Virus record (IMG/VR): IMGVR_UViG_3300048575_000211
Coordinates: 1-53,140 of that record
Source of the DNA: a virus
Taxonomy: Duplodnaviria > Caudoviricetes
Length of the DNA: 53,140 bases
Reading direction: 5' to 3' (one strand)
In this document: positions 38,698 through 47,437 of the stretch, in pieces
Layout: each line of letters opens with the position of its first letter
How positions within the stretch are numbered: the stretch's first letter is position 1
Notes under the pieces: generated by a model
The model's input: only the letters and a program-made list of their open reading frames with translations
What the model was told of the DNA's origin: nothing
Database searches by the model: none
Position numbers and translations under genes: made by a program

Positions 38698-39552
38698 TTA
38701 CGAAACCCAGCTTTCGCGGAATGGGATTAGAATGCTTCGATCGTTTGGGCGATCGGGCGGGACCATGTAACGACGAAGCTCGCGCTTCGGGCCTGATGGT
38801 GGCCAATAATATTCGAATGGTTGATCAATAGGGACGACGAGATCGAGGACGGCGACGTGCTTGCTGTCGTTCCCAGTCCGTTTGTCCATCGGGTGATAGA
38901 GTGTCTTCTTCAGGTCTGGAATGTCGCTCTCTACGATGTCGCGCATTCCGTTCAGCTTTCCTAGATTGTAGACGTTGTGGAGTTCTGTTCGAGCGATCAT
39001 TTGTAACCGCCACTCTTCCCCCTGCATGAATTGACCGAGCCTGCGGATCGTTTCAGAAAGGCTCACCTGCTCAATCATCGCATTCGTGATCCCTTGAGTA
39101 ATTCGCTGACGGATGAGTTCGCTATAGCTGTCGATCGAAGACTCGTATCTGTTGATAAGAAAATTCTTCGTATCGAGACCAACCTCAACGGCGTTGATAT
39201 TGATCGGGACGATCGCGCCACCAAATTTCTTGTTGAACTTGTTGAGTTCCGCCACAAGGTCGCCGATTCCGGCTTCGGCGGCGACTGTAGAGGCATCATC
39301 CATGCTTTCTTTGAGGCTCTTCGACATCTCGACGATAGCAAGGTCGACCTGCAAAAGCGTCCCGCGAAGCTGCTGCGCTGAAAATGAATCTCCCGAGAGC
39401 GTATCGAGACGATCGCGTAGTTCATGCCTGATCTCACGATATCGCTTCAGGAGCTTTTTCGCCTCACGCTCCTCCATCGAAACAGTTTTCTCAATATGGA
39501 GTTCGGCGATGTCCTGGACTTCTGGATCAAAGTGAAAATCCTCGAGTTCCAT
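38698..39552 (-). CDS. Minor head protein (SPP1 gp7/Mu F-like)
   Basis: IARTELHNVYN, DKRT, PPDRPNDRS. Confidence 0.85.
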   Translation of the reverse strand: MELEDFHFDPEVQDIAELHIEKTVSMEEREAKKLLKRYREIRHELRDRLDTLSGDSFSAQQLRGTLLQVDLAIVEMSKSLKESMDDASTVAAEAGIGDLVAELNKFNKKFGGAIVPININAVEVGLDTKNFLINRYESSIDSYSELIRQRITQGITNAMIEQVSLSETIRRLGQFMQGEEWRLQMIARTELHNVYNLGKLNGMRDIVESDIPDLKKTLYHPMDKRTGNDSKHVAVLDLVVPIDQPFEYYWPPSGPKRELRRYMVPPDRPNDRSILIPFRESWVS

Positions 39553-40157
39553 CAGCGCATGAATTTCATTTTAGTTCTGATGAGCTCACGTGCGACAGGG
39601 ACCGCTTGCTTTGCCACTTTGACGAGTCCCTTACGGCCGAGAATGCCGGCGGCGAACGATGCGCCAGCAACTGAACCGCCTATCGACCATGACTCCGAAT
39701 CTGAAAGCTTCCGTCCGACCAAAGATTCAGTAATTTTCGACGCCCCAACACCGATGAGAGCCGAGCCCGCCGCAAGCGCACCACGCCGGACCCACGGCGC
39801 CGTGGCGCTGAGTTTCGAGGCCCTCGAAAGCGCCTGGTCGACGAGACCCTGCGCCTTCTGCTTCCTGATGAGTTGATCAAATGTGATTTGAGAACCAGCT
39901 CCGCTGGCAAATCGCCTAGAAATGCTCTCGGCCGTCTTCCAGGCCCGTGATGACGTTCTTGTAGAAGATCCGAGAATGGCTTTATATAACTTACCAGCCG
40001 ATGCGCTAACACCAACTCCAGCAGCGCCCAGGGCCAATCCCTTACCTGCGCCTTGCAAATCAACCGAATGATTTTTGCTGACGCCATCTTTAACGCGAAT
40101 CGGAATAACACGGCCGCCGACACGTCGGAAGATCACCGCGGGCTTATTGGTCTCCAT
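39552..40157 (-). CDS. Basic Gly/Ala-rich protein, candidate ejection protein
   Basis: Between portal and minor head; three glycine-zipper-like helices. Confidence 0.6.
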   Translation of the reverse strand: METNKPAVIFRRVGGRVIPIRVKDGVSKNHSVDLQGAGKGLALGAAGVGVSASAGKLYKAILGSSTRTSSRAWKTAESISRRFASGAGSQITFDQLIRKQKAQGLVDQALSRASKLSATAPWVRRGALAAGSALIGVGASKITESLVGRKLSDSESWSIGGSVAGASFAAGILGRKGLVKVAKQAVPVARELIRTKMKFMR

Positions 40158-41650
40158 CAGAAGCCTCCAAACGGGTTAATGACTGGCTGTGCATCGATCT
40201 TCGCACGCTCGGCCTCAATGTCTTCAACACCGAAGTCCTTCGCGACGTATCGTGTTCCAGTTTCGTAAGAGATGAGGCGCGAGTTCGCGGCCGACGATGC
40301 GGCCGACACTTTGTCTTTGAGATCAGATAGCGTGAGCTGGAAGACAGGAGGCCATGTCGCATCGACAGCAAGACTCTTCGGGCTCCATCCGGACGGGATG
40401 TCGATCGGGGCCGCAATGCCCTTCTGGTTTGAATCCCAAATCGCCACCGACATCTTGATAACGAGCGAGCGAAGGCGAACTTCGAGCCACGGCCGCAATT
40501 CCTTGATGAGATCAAGCATCGGGCCGTGAAGAAGCTCGAGTGCCCGCGCGCTTTGCGCATGGCCAACGAATTTTTCAGGGTCCATCAGCATGATTCGGGC
40601 CGTGTCTTGGATCACCAGGCGGCAGTTGTCCCGAAGCTCTTTGGCTTTTTCGACACCGACGAGGCTCGACTCAACGAATTTCGCTTCACCGTCGCGGCCG
40701 AGGTTCCACGCACGCATTGAAGACCTGATAAGGCCATCGACGCCTTCAGAGTCGATACCTTTAATCGTGAGCTGCGGGTCCTGGTTGTACGAAACTGCCT
40801 GCGACGATTGAGAGAGCGAGTAGTTGAGTTCATCAATGAACGAGCGCAGGTCATCGCCCATCGCAAAGCCGTCTGGAGTCTTCTCAAGCTCGATCGTGCG
40901 GAGCCACTCGCCCTGAACGAATCCAAGACCGTGGTCAACACGCTCGACTTCGCGAAACTCCGGCTCTTCCTTTGCCTCTGGATCATACTCCGGATTGTCG
41001 AAAAGGATCTCGCTCTCGATCCCGAGTTCCATCTTGAACCATTTCTTTTTTGGGTCGCCGTGTTGGTTCAGATCGCTGTGGTCGTCAAAGAGGTACTTGA
41101 TAACTATCGACTCAAGATCGCCGCCATCGTTGAAAACTGGGTAGCAATATTTCGACTCGAACGACTCGATCTTGATAGCGCCAGCAACGATATAAAAGCG
41201 AATGAAATGAGCGCCGGAATTGATCATACGACGGCACGGTTCCAGAATGCGCGCTTTCAAAAGCGATACCTTCATTACGGCTTTGAGAAACTCAGTTGTG
41301 TCCGGATCATCGGCTATCGTGAAGCTCGGGAAGACATCATCGCCAACAAGCTTCGACGCTACTCGTGCCGAGAACGATCGCGCAAAACCGCCTTTAAAGC
41401 GCGGCTGCCGGCGGCGTACCGGAATGTATCCGGATGCTCCATAAGCCTCATCCCACTCAGGCAGATGTGCGTACTGACGGTTCTCGAAATACGCGTCGAG
41501 GACTTCGAGATGAGGATCGCGATAAACGAGATCCATGCGCGCTCGGCCGTATGGGATAACTCCCAAATTGTTCGCCTGCCGCTCTGCCGACCGCGAACGA
41601 ATATAAGCAAAAAGCCGCTGTGGAACTCCAAGAATGCCATCGTCTCTCAT
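40157..41650 (-). CDS. Portal protein
   Basis: 497 aa; HGLGFV, DELNYSLS, SARALELL, C-terminal EAERAKI; upstream of head genes. Confidence 0.85.
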   Translation of the reverse strand: MRDDGILGVPQRLFAYIRSRSAERQANNLGVIPYGRARMDLVYRDPHLEVLDAYFENRQYAHLPEWDEAYGASGYIPVRRRQPRFKGGFARSFSARVASKLVGDDVFPSFTIADDPDTTEFLKAVMKVSLLKARILEPCRRMINSGAHFIRFYIVAGAIKIESFESKYCYPVFNDGGDLESIVIKYLFDDHSDLNQHGDPKKKWFKMELGIESEILFDNPEYDPEAKEEPEFREVERVDHGLGFVQGEWLRTIELEKTPDGFAMGDDLRSFIDELNYSLSQSSQAVSYNQDPQLTIKGIDSEGVDGLIRSSMRAWNLGRDGEAKFVESSLVGVEKAKELRDNCRLVIQDTARIMLMDPEKFVGHAQSARALELLHGPMLDLIKELRPWLEVRLRSLVIKMSVAIWDSNQKGIAAPIDIPSGWSPKSLAVDATWPPVFQLTLSDLKDKVSAASSAANSRLISYETGTRYVAKDFGVEDIEAERAKIDAQPVINPFGGF

Positions 41651-41706
41651 CGTTTATAGTCCTCGACACGTGTGACCAGACACGAAAATCACGTCACCTC
41701 ACCGGC

Positions 41707-41931
41707 TCACACCGGACACGACTCCTGACAGTCGACCATTGCCTGATGATTATCCGTCCACTTGATTGGCAGTTCGGCTCTTCCGGCCGACTCAAGGACA
41801 ATAAATTCCTGCCCTGGGTTCATGCCAGCAAGCCGAATCGCCTCCTTCTTTGCCGAAGAAAGACTCGGGTGCTTATAAGACGGCGACCGGCCGCTTGGAT
41901 TCCATACGAACCAAAATCTATCGTTTCCCAT
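41707..41931 (-). CDS. Phage hypothetical protein
   Basis: FWFVWNPSG..PSYKHPSL..A..EA.RLA..NPG.EFIVL motif. Confidence 0.7.
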   Translation of the reverse strand: MGNDRFWFVWNPSGRSPSYKHPSLSSAKKEAIRLAGMNPGQEFIVLESAGRAELPIKWTDNHQAMVDCQESCPV

Positions 41932-42185
41932 CACATCCCCTCCCCAAATGCGCACTTAAATCCCGCACGGAACCACTGCTTCAAGCGAGCAATCTCCATA
42001 GGACTAAGTTTCACGTTGTTTTTTTCAAGGCGATTTAACTGCCGAAGCAGACCAAGCTCGCAGTGACGCTCCGAAAGCGGCACATTGCGAAGAGCGTGAG
42101 CTTCCTCCTCCGTCACAGGAATCTGAGCATCAGGCGGAGCTTCATCTGACGGGTAATGGTTGATGTTTCCTTGCGCATCCATCAC
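41931..42185 (-). CDS. Phage hypothetical protein
   Basis: Coupled small ORF. Confidence 0.5.
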   Translation of the reverse strand: MMDAQGNINHYPSDEAPPDAQIPVTEEEAHALRNVPLSERHCELGLLRQLNRLEKNNVKLSPMEIARLKQWFRAGFKCAFGEGM

Positions 42186-42394
42186 TCACCCCTCGGAGGC
42201 CAGTTCCAATCAAGAGTGCCCTTAGGCGGCCAACCCACTTTGGTCAGTGAAGTAACCGGCGACGTCGTGCCATCTTGATTAAACCGTGTGACGTTGATGC
42301 AGGCTTCCGAATGCACCTGGGTGACGATCGCAGCGCACTGACTACCTTTTTCGTCAGCGACGTGGACAATTCTTCCGACTGTTGGCTTCATCAT
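42182..42394 (-). CDS. KPTVGRIVH-motif small protein
   Basis: KPTVGRIVH..AAIVTQV..WNWPPR; paralog of 42811-43224. Confidence 0.7.
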   Translation of the reverse strand: MMKPTVGRIVHVADEKGSQCAAIVTQVHSEACINVTRFNQDGTTSPVTSLTKVGWPPKGTLDWNWPPRGE

Positions 42395-42612
42395 TTCACC
42401 TCAAACGCTTTTAAAAACTGATGCCCTGCCTTGTAGACCTCAACGATTGCGCCCGTCGGAGCCTTGCTACCTACGGCCTTCACCTCCTTGAGGCTCACAC
42501 AGTAGTGGTATTTCTCGTGCCAGACCTTTTTCACTGGTCGGCCGACGACAACCACGTATTTGTGAATCTTGATCTTCGGAGATCTCGAGAACGAAACTTG
42601 TTTCAAAGCCAT
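42391..42612 (-). CDS. Phage hypothetical protein
   Basis: RBS GAGG; coupled. Confidence 0.55.
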   Translation of the reverse strand: MALKQVSFSRSPKIKIHKYVVVVGRPVKKVWHEKYHYCVSLKEVKAVGSKAPTGAIVEVYKAGHQFLKAFEVK

Positions 42613-42614
42613 GT

Positions 42615-42827
42615 TTACTGCCTCTTCTGAGCGAATCGCTTAAGTGTTTTGCGCCCTGTAATCATCGCCAAGAACCCGGCCATTCCGAGCTTGGCGATTC
42701 CAGATGGCATGTTGTCGAATTTGATCTTGCGCGGACCAAGCTGCTCGATCGTGCGCCAGCGCTCCGAACGTCCATCCACAACACGGGCGTGAATCCGCTT
42801 CATCCGTTGTTTAATTGCCGGTTGCAT
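42615..42827 (-). CDS. Phage hypothetical basic protein
   Basis: RBS GGAGGT. Confidence 0.5.
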   Translation of the reverse strand: MQPAIKQRMKRIHARVVDGRSERWRTIEQLGPRKIKFDNMPSGIAKLGMAGFLAMITGRKTLKRFAQKRQ

Positions 42828-43224
42828 CTTTCACCTCCGCGCGCGCCTCGACGTACTTCGGCTCGATTCCAGTGAGAACCGCCTCGGCACAAATCAAGCC
42901 GTTCGCCATACCTCGCAGATACTCGTCAGAGACACATTGGCGCTGGATTGCGACAAGCTCCGAGATCTTCTCGACAGCAGACTTTTCCTTCTGCTGCTCC
43001 TTCTGATACGGCATCCATGACCAGTGGCCGGGCTTCGGCTCCACTGAATACGGAGTCTTGTTGAAGTAGCACCCGTTCGGATTCATCACGAACAGGTGAC
43101 ATGTTGATCCGTCGGCATCGACCGCAGTAATGACGGCCGGCGACGGTTCTGGTTTATGCTCGCCGCCAGGTGAGCCAAATCGCATGTAGTGGACGATACG
43201 TCCAATTGAAGGTTTCTGTTCCAT
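42811..43224 (-). CDS. KPSIGRIVH-motif protein with C-terminal extension
   Basis: KPSIGRIVHY..PAVITAV..HWSW; RBS GGAGG. Confidence 0.7.
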   Translation of the reverse strand: MEQKPSIGRIVHYMRFGSPGGEHKPEPSPAVITAVDADGSTCHLFVMNPNGCYFNKTPYSVEPKPGHWSWMPYQKEQQKEKSAVEKISELVAIQRQCVSDEYLRGMANGLICAEAVLTGIEPKYVEARAEVKDATGN

Positions 43225-43353
43225 GGTTCCTCCGGTGTTTGTTGGTGAGACGGAGAGGCAGCGCCCTCGATAGATCGCACTCAAGCGCGACTCAAGATTG
43301 CCGCTTTCCTTCGCCCTCGACTTGTATTCGACTTTTCTACTGATTATGAAAAT

Positions 43354-43602
43354 CTACGCGTGCTGCTCACGCTGCACCGACGGAATTGTCGGCATGAAGG
43401 GCATGCAACTGATGATTAGCTCCGCCCGCGACTTCACGTGCATCTTTTTATAGATGTTGGTCAGGTGATATTTGACCGTCTTGTCGGTGACGTATAGTGC
43501 CTTGCCGACATTGACGTTAGAAAGCCCGCGGCACACCTGTTCAGCGACACTAACCTCAGCTTTCGAAAGGCCATTGGCCTTGAGATATTCAACGAGTTTC
43601 AT
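43354..43602 (-). CDS. Stand-alone LuxR-family HTH regulator
   Basis: LSKAEVSVAEQVCRGLSN..VGKALYVTDKTVKYHLTNIYKKMHVKSRAEL; RBS GGAGG. Confidence 0.9.
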   Translation of the reverse strand: MKLVEYLKANGLSKAEVSVAEQVCRGLSNVNVGKALYVTDKTVKYHLTNIYKKMHVKSRAELIISCMPFMPTIPSVQREQHA

Positions 43603-43722
43603 TCTATCGACCTCCATTTGCATGGAGTCATCGACTCGACAGATGTATGGAGAAAATCGCGAGTTGACTTCATAGATAGTCGGCGGAAACATGAGGTTCT
43701 TAATGTTCGAAGACTTCCGGGG

Positions 43723-44331
43723 CTACAGCATGGTGCTGTGGCCCTTTTCTTTTTCACGCCTCGTCTTCTCGCGATGACAAGCGACGCAGATTATCTGAAT
43801 GTTCTCAAATCCGATTCCGGTCCCGCCAAGGTGAATCGGAATAACGTGATCAACATGAAGACGATCACCGGAATTGTACCCAATCTGATAGTACGTCACA
43901 TCTGGAGATGGGCGCTCATACGTTCGCTTATATCGCTCCGATGCCTTTTCCCAGTTCTCTACGCATCGTTCGTTGAATTCGCGTCGCCTGGCGACTCTTT
44001 CTATAACCCAATCCTCATGAGAGATACCACAAACCGTGCATGCACACGACTGCCTGTTGATCAAAACCCAGGCCTTTGACTGCGGGCTCTGAGGGTAACG
44101 AAACATGAAGCACGAACTTACGCATGCTTTTGAACAATACTTCCGGCGATTCCCTTCGATCTTGTTCACGTTGCACCAGGCACATTTACCGTCATTAGTT
44201 TTCTCAATGCAGTCGGCATTCGCCGTTCGATCTTTGCTACGGCAATTCAGGCGATCTTGCGCAAACGGGCCAGGAGGAACAAAGATGAACGGCTCGATCA
44301 GCTCAAATGGGAAAGCGGCCGACGAACTCAC
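43723..44331 (-). CDS. HNH endonuclease with Zn fingers
   Basis: CAWC, CSKAC, CTVC, HVDHVIPIHLGG...NIQIICVACH. Confidence 0.9.
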   Translation of the reverse strand: MSSSAAFPFELIEPFIFVPPGPFAQDRLNCRSKDRTANADCIEKTNDGKCAWCNVNKIEGNRRKYCSKACVSSCFMFRYPQSPQSKAWVLINRQSCACTVCGISHEDWVIERVARRREFNERCVENWEKASERYKRTYERPSPDVTYYQIGYNSGDRLHVDHVIPIHLGGTGIGFENIQIICVACHREKTRREKEKGHSTML

Positions 44332-44567
44332 TTGGAATCTACCTCCGGTCCTTTGTGCATTTCACGCATGTAGCGCCCGAATTCAACAAGCCCCTCAAGG
44401 AGATCGTCCGGAAGAATCTTCCCCATGGTCGTAGTGCCCAACTGCTTTCCGCAGCGAAGACAAATCCACGCGTGGCCATCGTCGCGGAGAGTGAAACGTA
44501 CGGGATCGTGCTGCTCAGTGCATTTACCGTCATCCACGGCTCGCTCCTTTCCTCGCGTAGCATCCAA
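44328..44567 (-). CDS. Phage hypothetical Zn-ribbon protein
   Basis: C..H...CLRCG; start uncertain. Confidence 0.5.
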   Translation of the reverse strand: MDATRGKERAVDDGKCTEQHDPVRFTLRDDGHAWICLRCGKQLGTTTMGKILPDDLLEGLVEFGRYMREMHKGPEVDSK

Positions 44568-44745
44568 ACGGTTTATCGATCGCCTTTGAGATGGTCTGGC
44601 ATGTGGGGCATGGCCTAGAGCTAGTCATATGCATGTCTGAGCCGATCAGATCAAACATCGCTCGAAGCTGAGCATTCTCCTGCACCACACCTTTGAATTC
44701 CTCCAGGTCTTTCAATTCGACCTTAACCTTAAGCTCTGCCATCAC
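44530..44745 (-). CDS. Phage hypothetical protein
   Basis: RPCPTCQTIS...PFGC. Confidence 0.55.
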   Translation of the reverse strand: MMAELKVKVELKDLEEFKGVVQENAQLRAMFDLIGSDMHMTSSRPCPTCQTISKAIDKPFGCYARKGASRG

Positions 44746-44936
44746 ACACCTTCGCCTTCGATTTTCCAGATCAGCGTCACGCCGAAAAAGCGATACGCTG
44801 TGACCCGCACGCCATCTGACTCACCGAAACGACGTTCGCCGAGCCCGCGCCAGATAAGGCGCTTCCACCAAGGCATTTCTTCCTTCGTACGGAAATTCCA
44901 AAATCGAATGTAATCGGTATTTCCAATGACTCCCAT
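44742..44936 (-). CDS. Phage hypothetical protein
   Basis: TAATG-coupled MGVIG start; RBS GAGG. Confidence 0.5.
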   Translation of the reverse strand: MGVIGNTDYIRFWNFRTKEEMPWWKRLIWRGLGERRFGESDGVRVTAYRFFGVTLIWKIEGEGV

Positions 44937-45280
44937 TAAACACCTCTCGTCTCGACCATCGCCATCAAACGGTCTGTCATTTTCTGCATATCGGCCAAGT
45001 GAGCGCGAATCGCGTTTTTCTCGCTGTCGGAAGCCATTCCGCTCATGCCAAGAATTCCGCTCTCGGCAATAGCATTCACCAAAGCCCGCAGAAACGGGAT
45101 CATCTCCTCCTGTGGCATCTCGATCGTTGGATTTGGTTGGGATTCTACCGGCGTGATCTCCTTTTTTACCATGTCGACCGGCGCGACCCTGTAGCTGCGG
45201 CCGTCTTTCTCGTGCATGAAAATCCAAATGCCGATCGTTCTTTTCCATATCAGCTTCTCAATATGAACATCAGTGAGCAT
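44936..45280 (-). CDS. Phage hypothetical protein
   Basis: TAATG-coupled to TerL; RBS GGAGG. Confidence 0.65.
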   Translation of the reverse strand: MLTDVHIEKLIWKRTIGIWIFMHEKDGRSYRVAPVDMVKKEITPVESQPNPTIEMPQEEMIPFLRALVNAIAESGILGMSGMASDSEKNAIRAHLADMQKMTDRLMAMVETRGV

Positions 45281-46965
45281 TAAACACCTCCCATCGGATT
45301 GAGCGACACTGCGCTCGCCTCGTAACGTTTGTGAATCAGTCCATAAATCATTTCTGCCGCATCGGGGCCGTCATCGTGCTCTGCATGCGGAAAGTTCTCG
45401 AGCATCTGCTTGAAGTCCTCAGAGAGCGCGCGATTGAAGACCATCCAGCCATGCGCCACGCGCGGCTCGAGGCGGAAGATCCGCTCAGTCTTGTTCTCGG
45501 TCTGCTCGATCTCATAGAACGGAATTTTGATCAGACTTCCGCCCTCGGCTTCGCGCCGCGACCGCTCGGCCACGATGTTGTTCATCATGAGCTCGCGGTA
45601 GAGGTTGATCTCGACTCCGAACTTCACGAAGTTGTAACGCTCGTGGAAGTTGAAGATCTCTTCGATTTGCTTCGTCGGCCCCTTGCGCCTGGTCCAATCC
45701 TCATGCACGAGCACACGGCCGCTTGGCGCCTGGTAGGCGGCGAGAAGGCACGCGTAGTCGCCGAGCTTCCCGCCCTTCGCCTTCTTCTTGCCGGTTGATG
45801 GATCGATCACGCCATAAGCGGAGTTTTTGAGGTCTTTCCACGGAATGAAAGCGTCATTCTGCTCAAGCACGATTCCGTCATGCCTAGCGCGATACCAATG
45901 AATCGTCTCAAAGCCAGGCTCGTCAGCACCGAGGGGCGCGTTCTGCTTCTCTTTCATGAATGCCCGCCGGCCGATCTCGACAAGCTCCTTCATGAGATAG
46001 AGGTACGGCTCCTTTTCGGGCCAGAGTACCTTCGTACCCTTGAGCATCTCGCGCTCATGCTCGTCGTAGAAGGTCTGCGATTCCACCTGACGATTCGCAT
46101 TCTCGAGGTCGGTGTAGATCTCACGCCACTTCTGCCAAAGGTCCTCGCGCTCGGACCACGACACGACAGCGCGATAGATCTGACCATCGTATGCTGGGTT
46201 CTTGAGGAGCTTACTCAAAAGCGCTTGCGGGTGAAGGACTGTCCCGACGAATTCGATGTTTGTCTTCTCGTTACCAACTTTGCCAACGTCTTCAAAAAAC
46301 CAGTTTTCCGTTTTGCCGCGGATCTGCTCGTTATTGACCTCTTCCGAGAATTCCACGTCGTCGCAAACAATTTTAGTTGGTCGCCATGGCCCGAAGCGAA
46401 CACCACGAACTTGCGACCCGCGCCCCAGCGCCATAAAAAACGTTTTCGAAGAACCACACTGTAAGAGAAACTGCGTCTCACCTGGCTTTTTAGTAGCAAA
46501 ACGAATTCGATACAGCCGTACCAGATCATCATTCGCCAGAATCTCAGCCCGTATGTCTTTGAGTTTTTGAGCGGCCAGAGGTCCGGTGTTTGAGATGATG
46601 AGAATGAATCTCTCAAGTCCATAACAGACATCATGGATAGGGAAGATAAGCGTGGTGAGCGTTGATTTTGCCGAACCTCGAGGCGCAGCGCGCACCCGAC
46701 GATACGATCGTTGACCAAATTTGAAAGCCGCGAAAATGTCGCGGTGAAACTGGTTAAACGCGATCTCACAGTAGTGCGGAAAAAAGACGATCGAGAAAAG
46801 CTCACGATCCGTCGCCATCCTGAGCTTGAGAAGCTCCAGCGCTGCATCCTTGTCCTCCTCCGTCTTCGCTTCCTCCAGCACGTTTCTGAAGTGCGATTCG
46901 AATTCGCTCGAAGAGAGCTTCCCGATTTCCTCTATCAGATCCGTCTCCGCCTTCGTCATCTCCAT
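45280..46965 (-). CDS. terL: Terminase large subunit
   Basis: Walker A APRGSAKST, Walker B IVCDDVE, GTVLH, nuclease DPS and HDDGPDA. Confidence 0.95.
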   Translation of the reverse strand: MEMTKAETDLIEEIGKLSSSEFESHFRNVLEEAKTEEDKDAALELLKLRMATDRELFSIVFFPHYCEIAFNQFHRDIFAAFKFGQRSYRRVRAAPRGSAKSTLTTLIFPIHDVCYGLERFILIISNTGPLAAQKLKDIRAEILANDDLVRLYRIRFATKKPGETQFLLQCGSSKTFFMALGRGSQVRGVRFGPWRPTKIVCDDVEFSEEVNNEQIRGKTENWFFEDVGKVGNEKTNIEFVGTVLHPQALLSKLLKNPAYDGQIYRAVVSWSEREDLWQKWREIYTDLENANRQVESQTFYDEHEREMLKGTKVLWPEKEPYLYLMKELVEIGRRAFMKEKQNAPLGADEPGFETIHWYRARHDGIVLEQNDAFIPWKDLKNSAYGVIDPSTGKKKAKGGKLGDYACLLAAYQAPSGRVLVHEDWTRRKGPTKQIEEIFNFHERYNFVKFGVEINLYRELMMNNIVAERSRREAEGGSLIKIPFYEIEQTENKTERIFRLEPRVAHGWMVFNRALSEDFKQMLENFPHAEHDDGPDAAEMIYGLIHKRYEASAVSLNPMGGV

Positions 46966-47437
46966 TGAGCAGCCCCAGAATTTTCGCGAGCAGCTCAGCC
47001 GCCCGGTCTTTGTCGTAAAGCTTGATCTTCGGGCCGAACTTACCGCCCGAGATTTCCTTGATAGTCCGCGACACACCCTCAGCGAGCAGGTCGGATGGGA
47101 TCATCCGAATCGACTCCTCATCCCAAACCGCGACATCGCGCAAATCAGAAAACGCAAGCAGCGTGAGCTCTTCAACTAATCGCTCCTCGTCGGCCTTGAA
47201 CTTCCTATGACGGCGCTGATACTCCCTATGGAGCAATTTTCTGACGTCAACATATGTCAACAGCCGATGCCCTTGCTGGCGAGCGCCCCTCTTGCTGTAA
47301 CCAGCTCCCTCAGCAGACTTCGCGGCATTCCCTGTCAAAAGGTATAGACGGACAAATTCTTTCCGCCGAGCCCTCTCCTCTTTCGATTTGTGGCTGGTAT
47401 CGGGCGTCTTTTTGTCGTCGCCGCTTTGTCGCGCCAT
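46802..47437 (-). CDS. terS: Terminase small subunit
   Basis: FVRLYLLTGNAAKSAEGAGYS..A..QGHRLL; KIKLYDKDRAAELLAKILG. Confidence 0.92.
   Translation of the reverse strand: MARQSGDDKKTPDTSHKSKEERARRKEFVRLYLLTGNAAKSAEGAGYSKRGARQQGHRLLTYVDVRKLLHREYQRRHRKFKADEERLVEELTLLAFSDLRDVAVWDEESIRMIPSDLLAEGVSRTIKEISGGKFGPKIKLYDKDRAAELLAKILGLLNGDDEGGDGSDRGNREALFERIRIALQKRAGGSEDGGGQGCSAGASQAQDGDGS

Noticed and set aside
37900-41659. Long plus-strand ORFs (37900-38730, 40808-41659)
   Set aside because: Antisense shadows of scaffold and portal; no motifs or RBS.
43723-44331. HNH as intron or intein homing element
   Set aside because: Free-standing and coupled to its neighbours; TerL and portal are uninterrupted.
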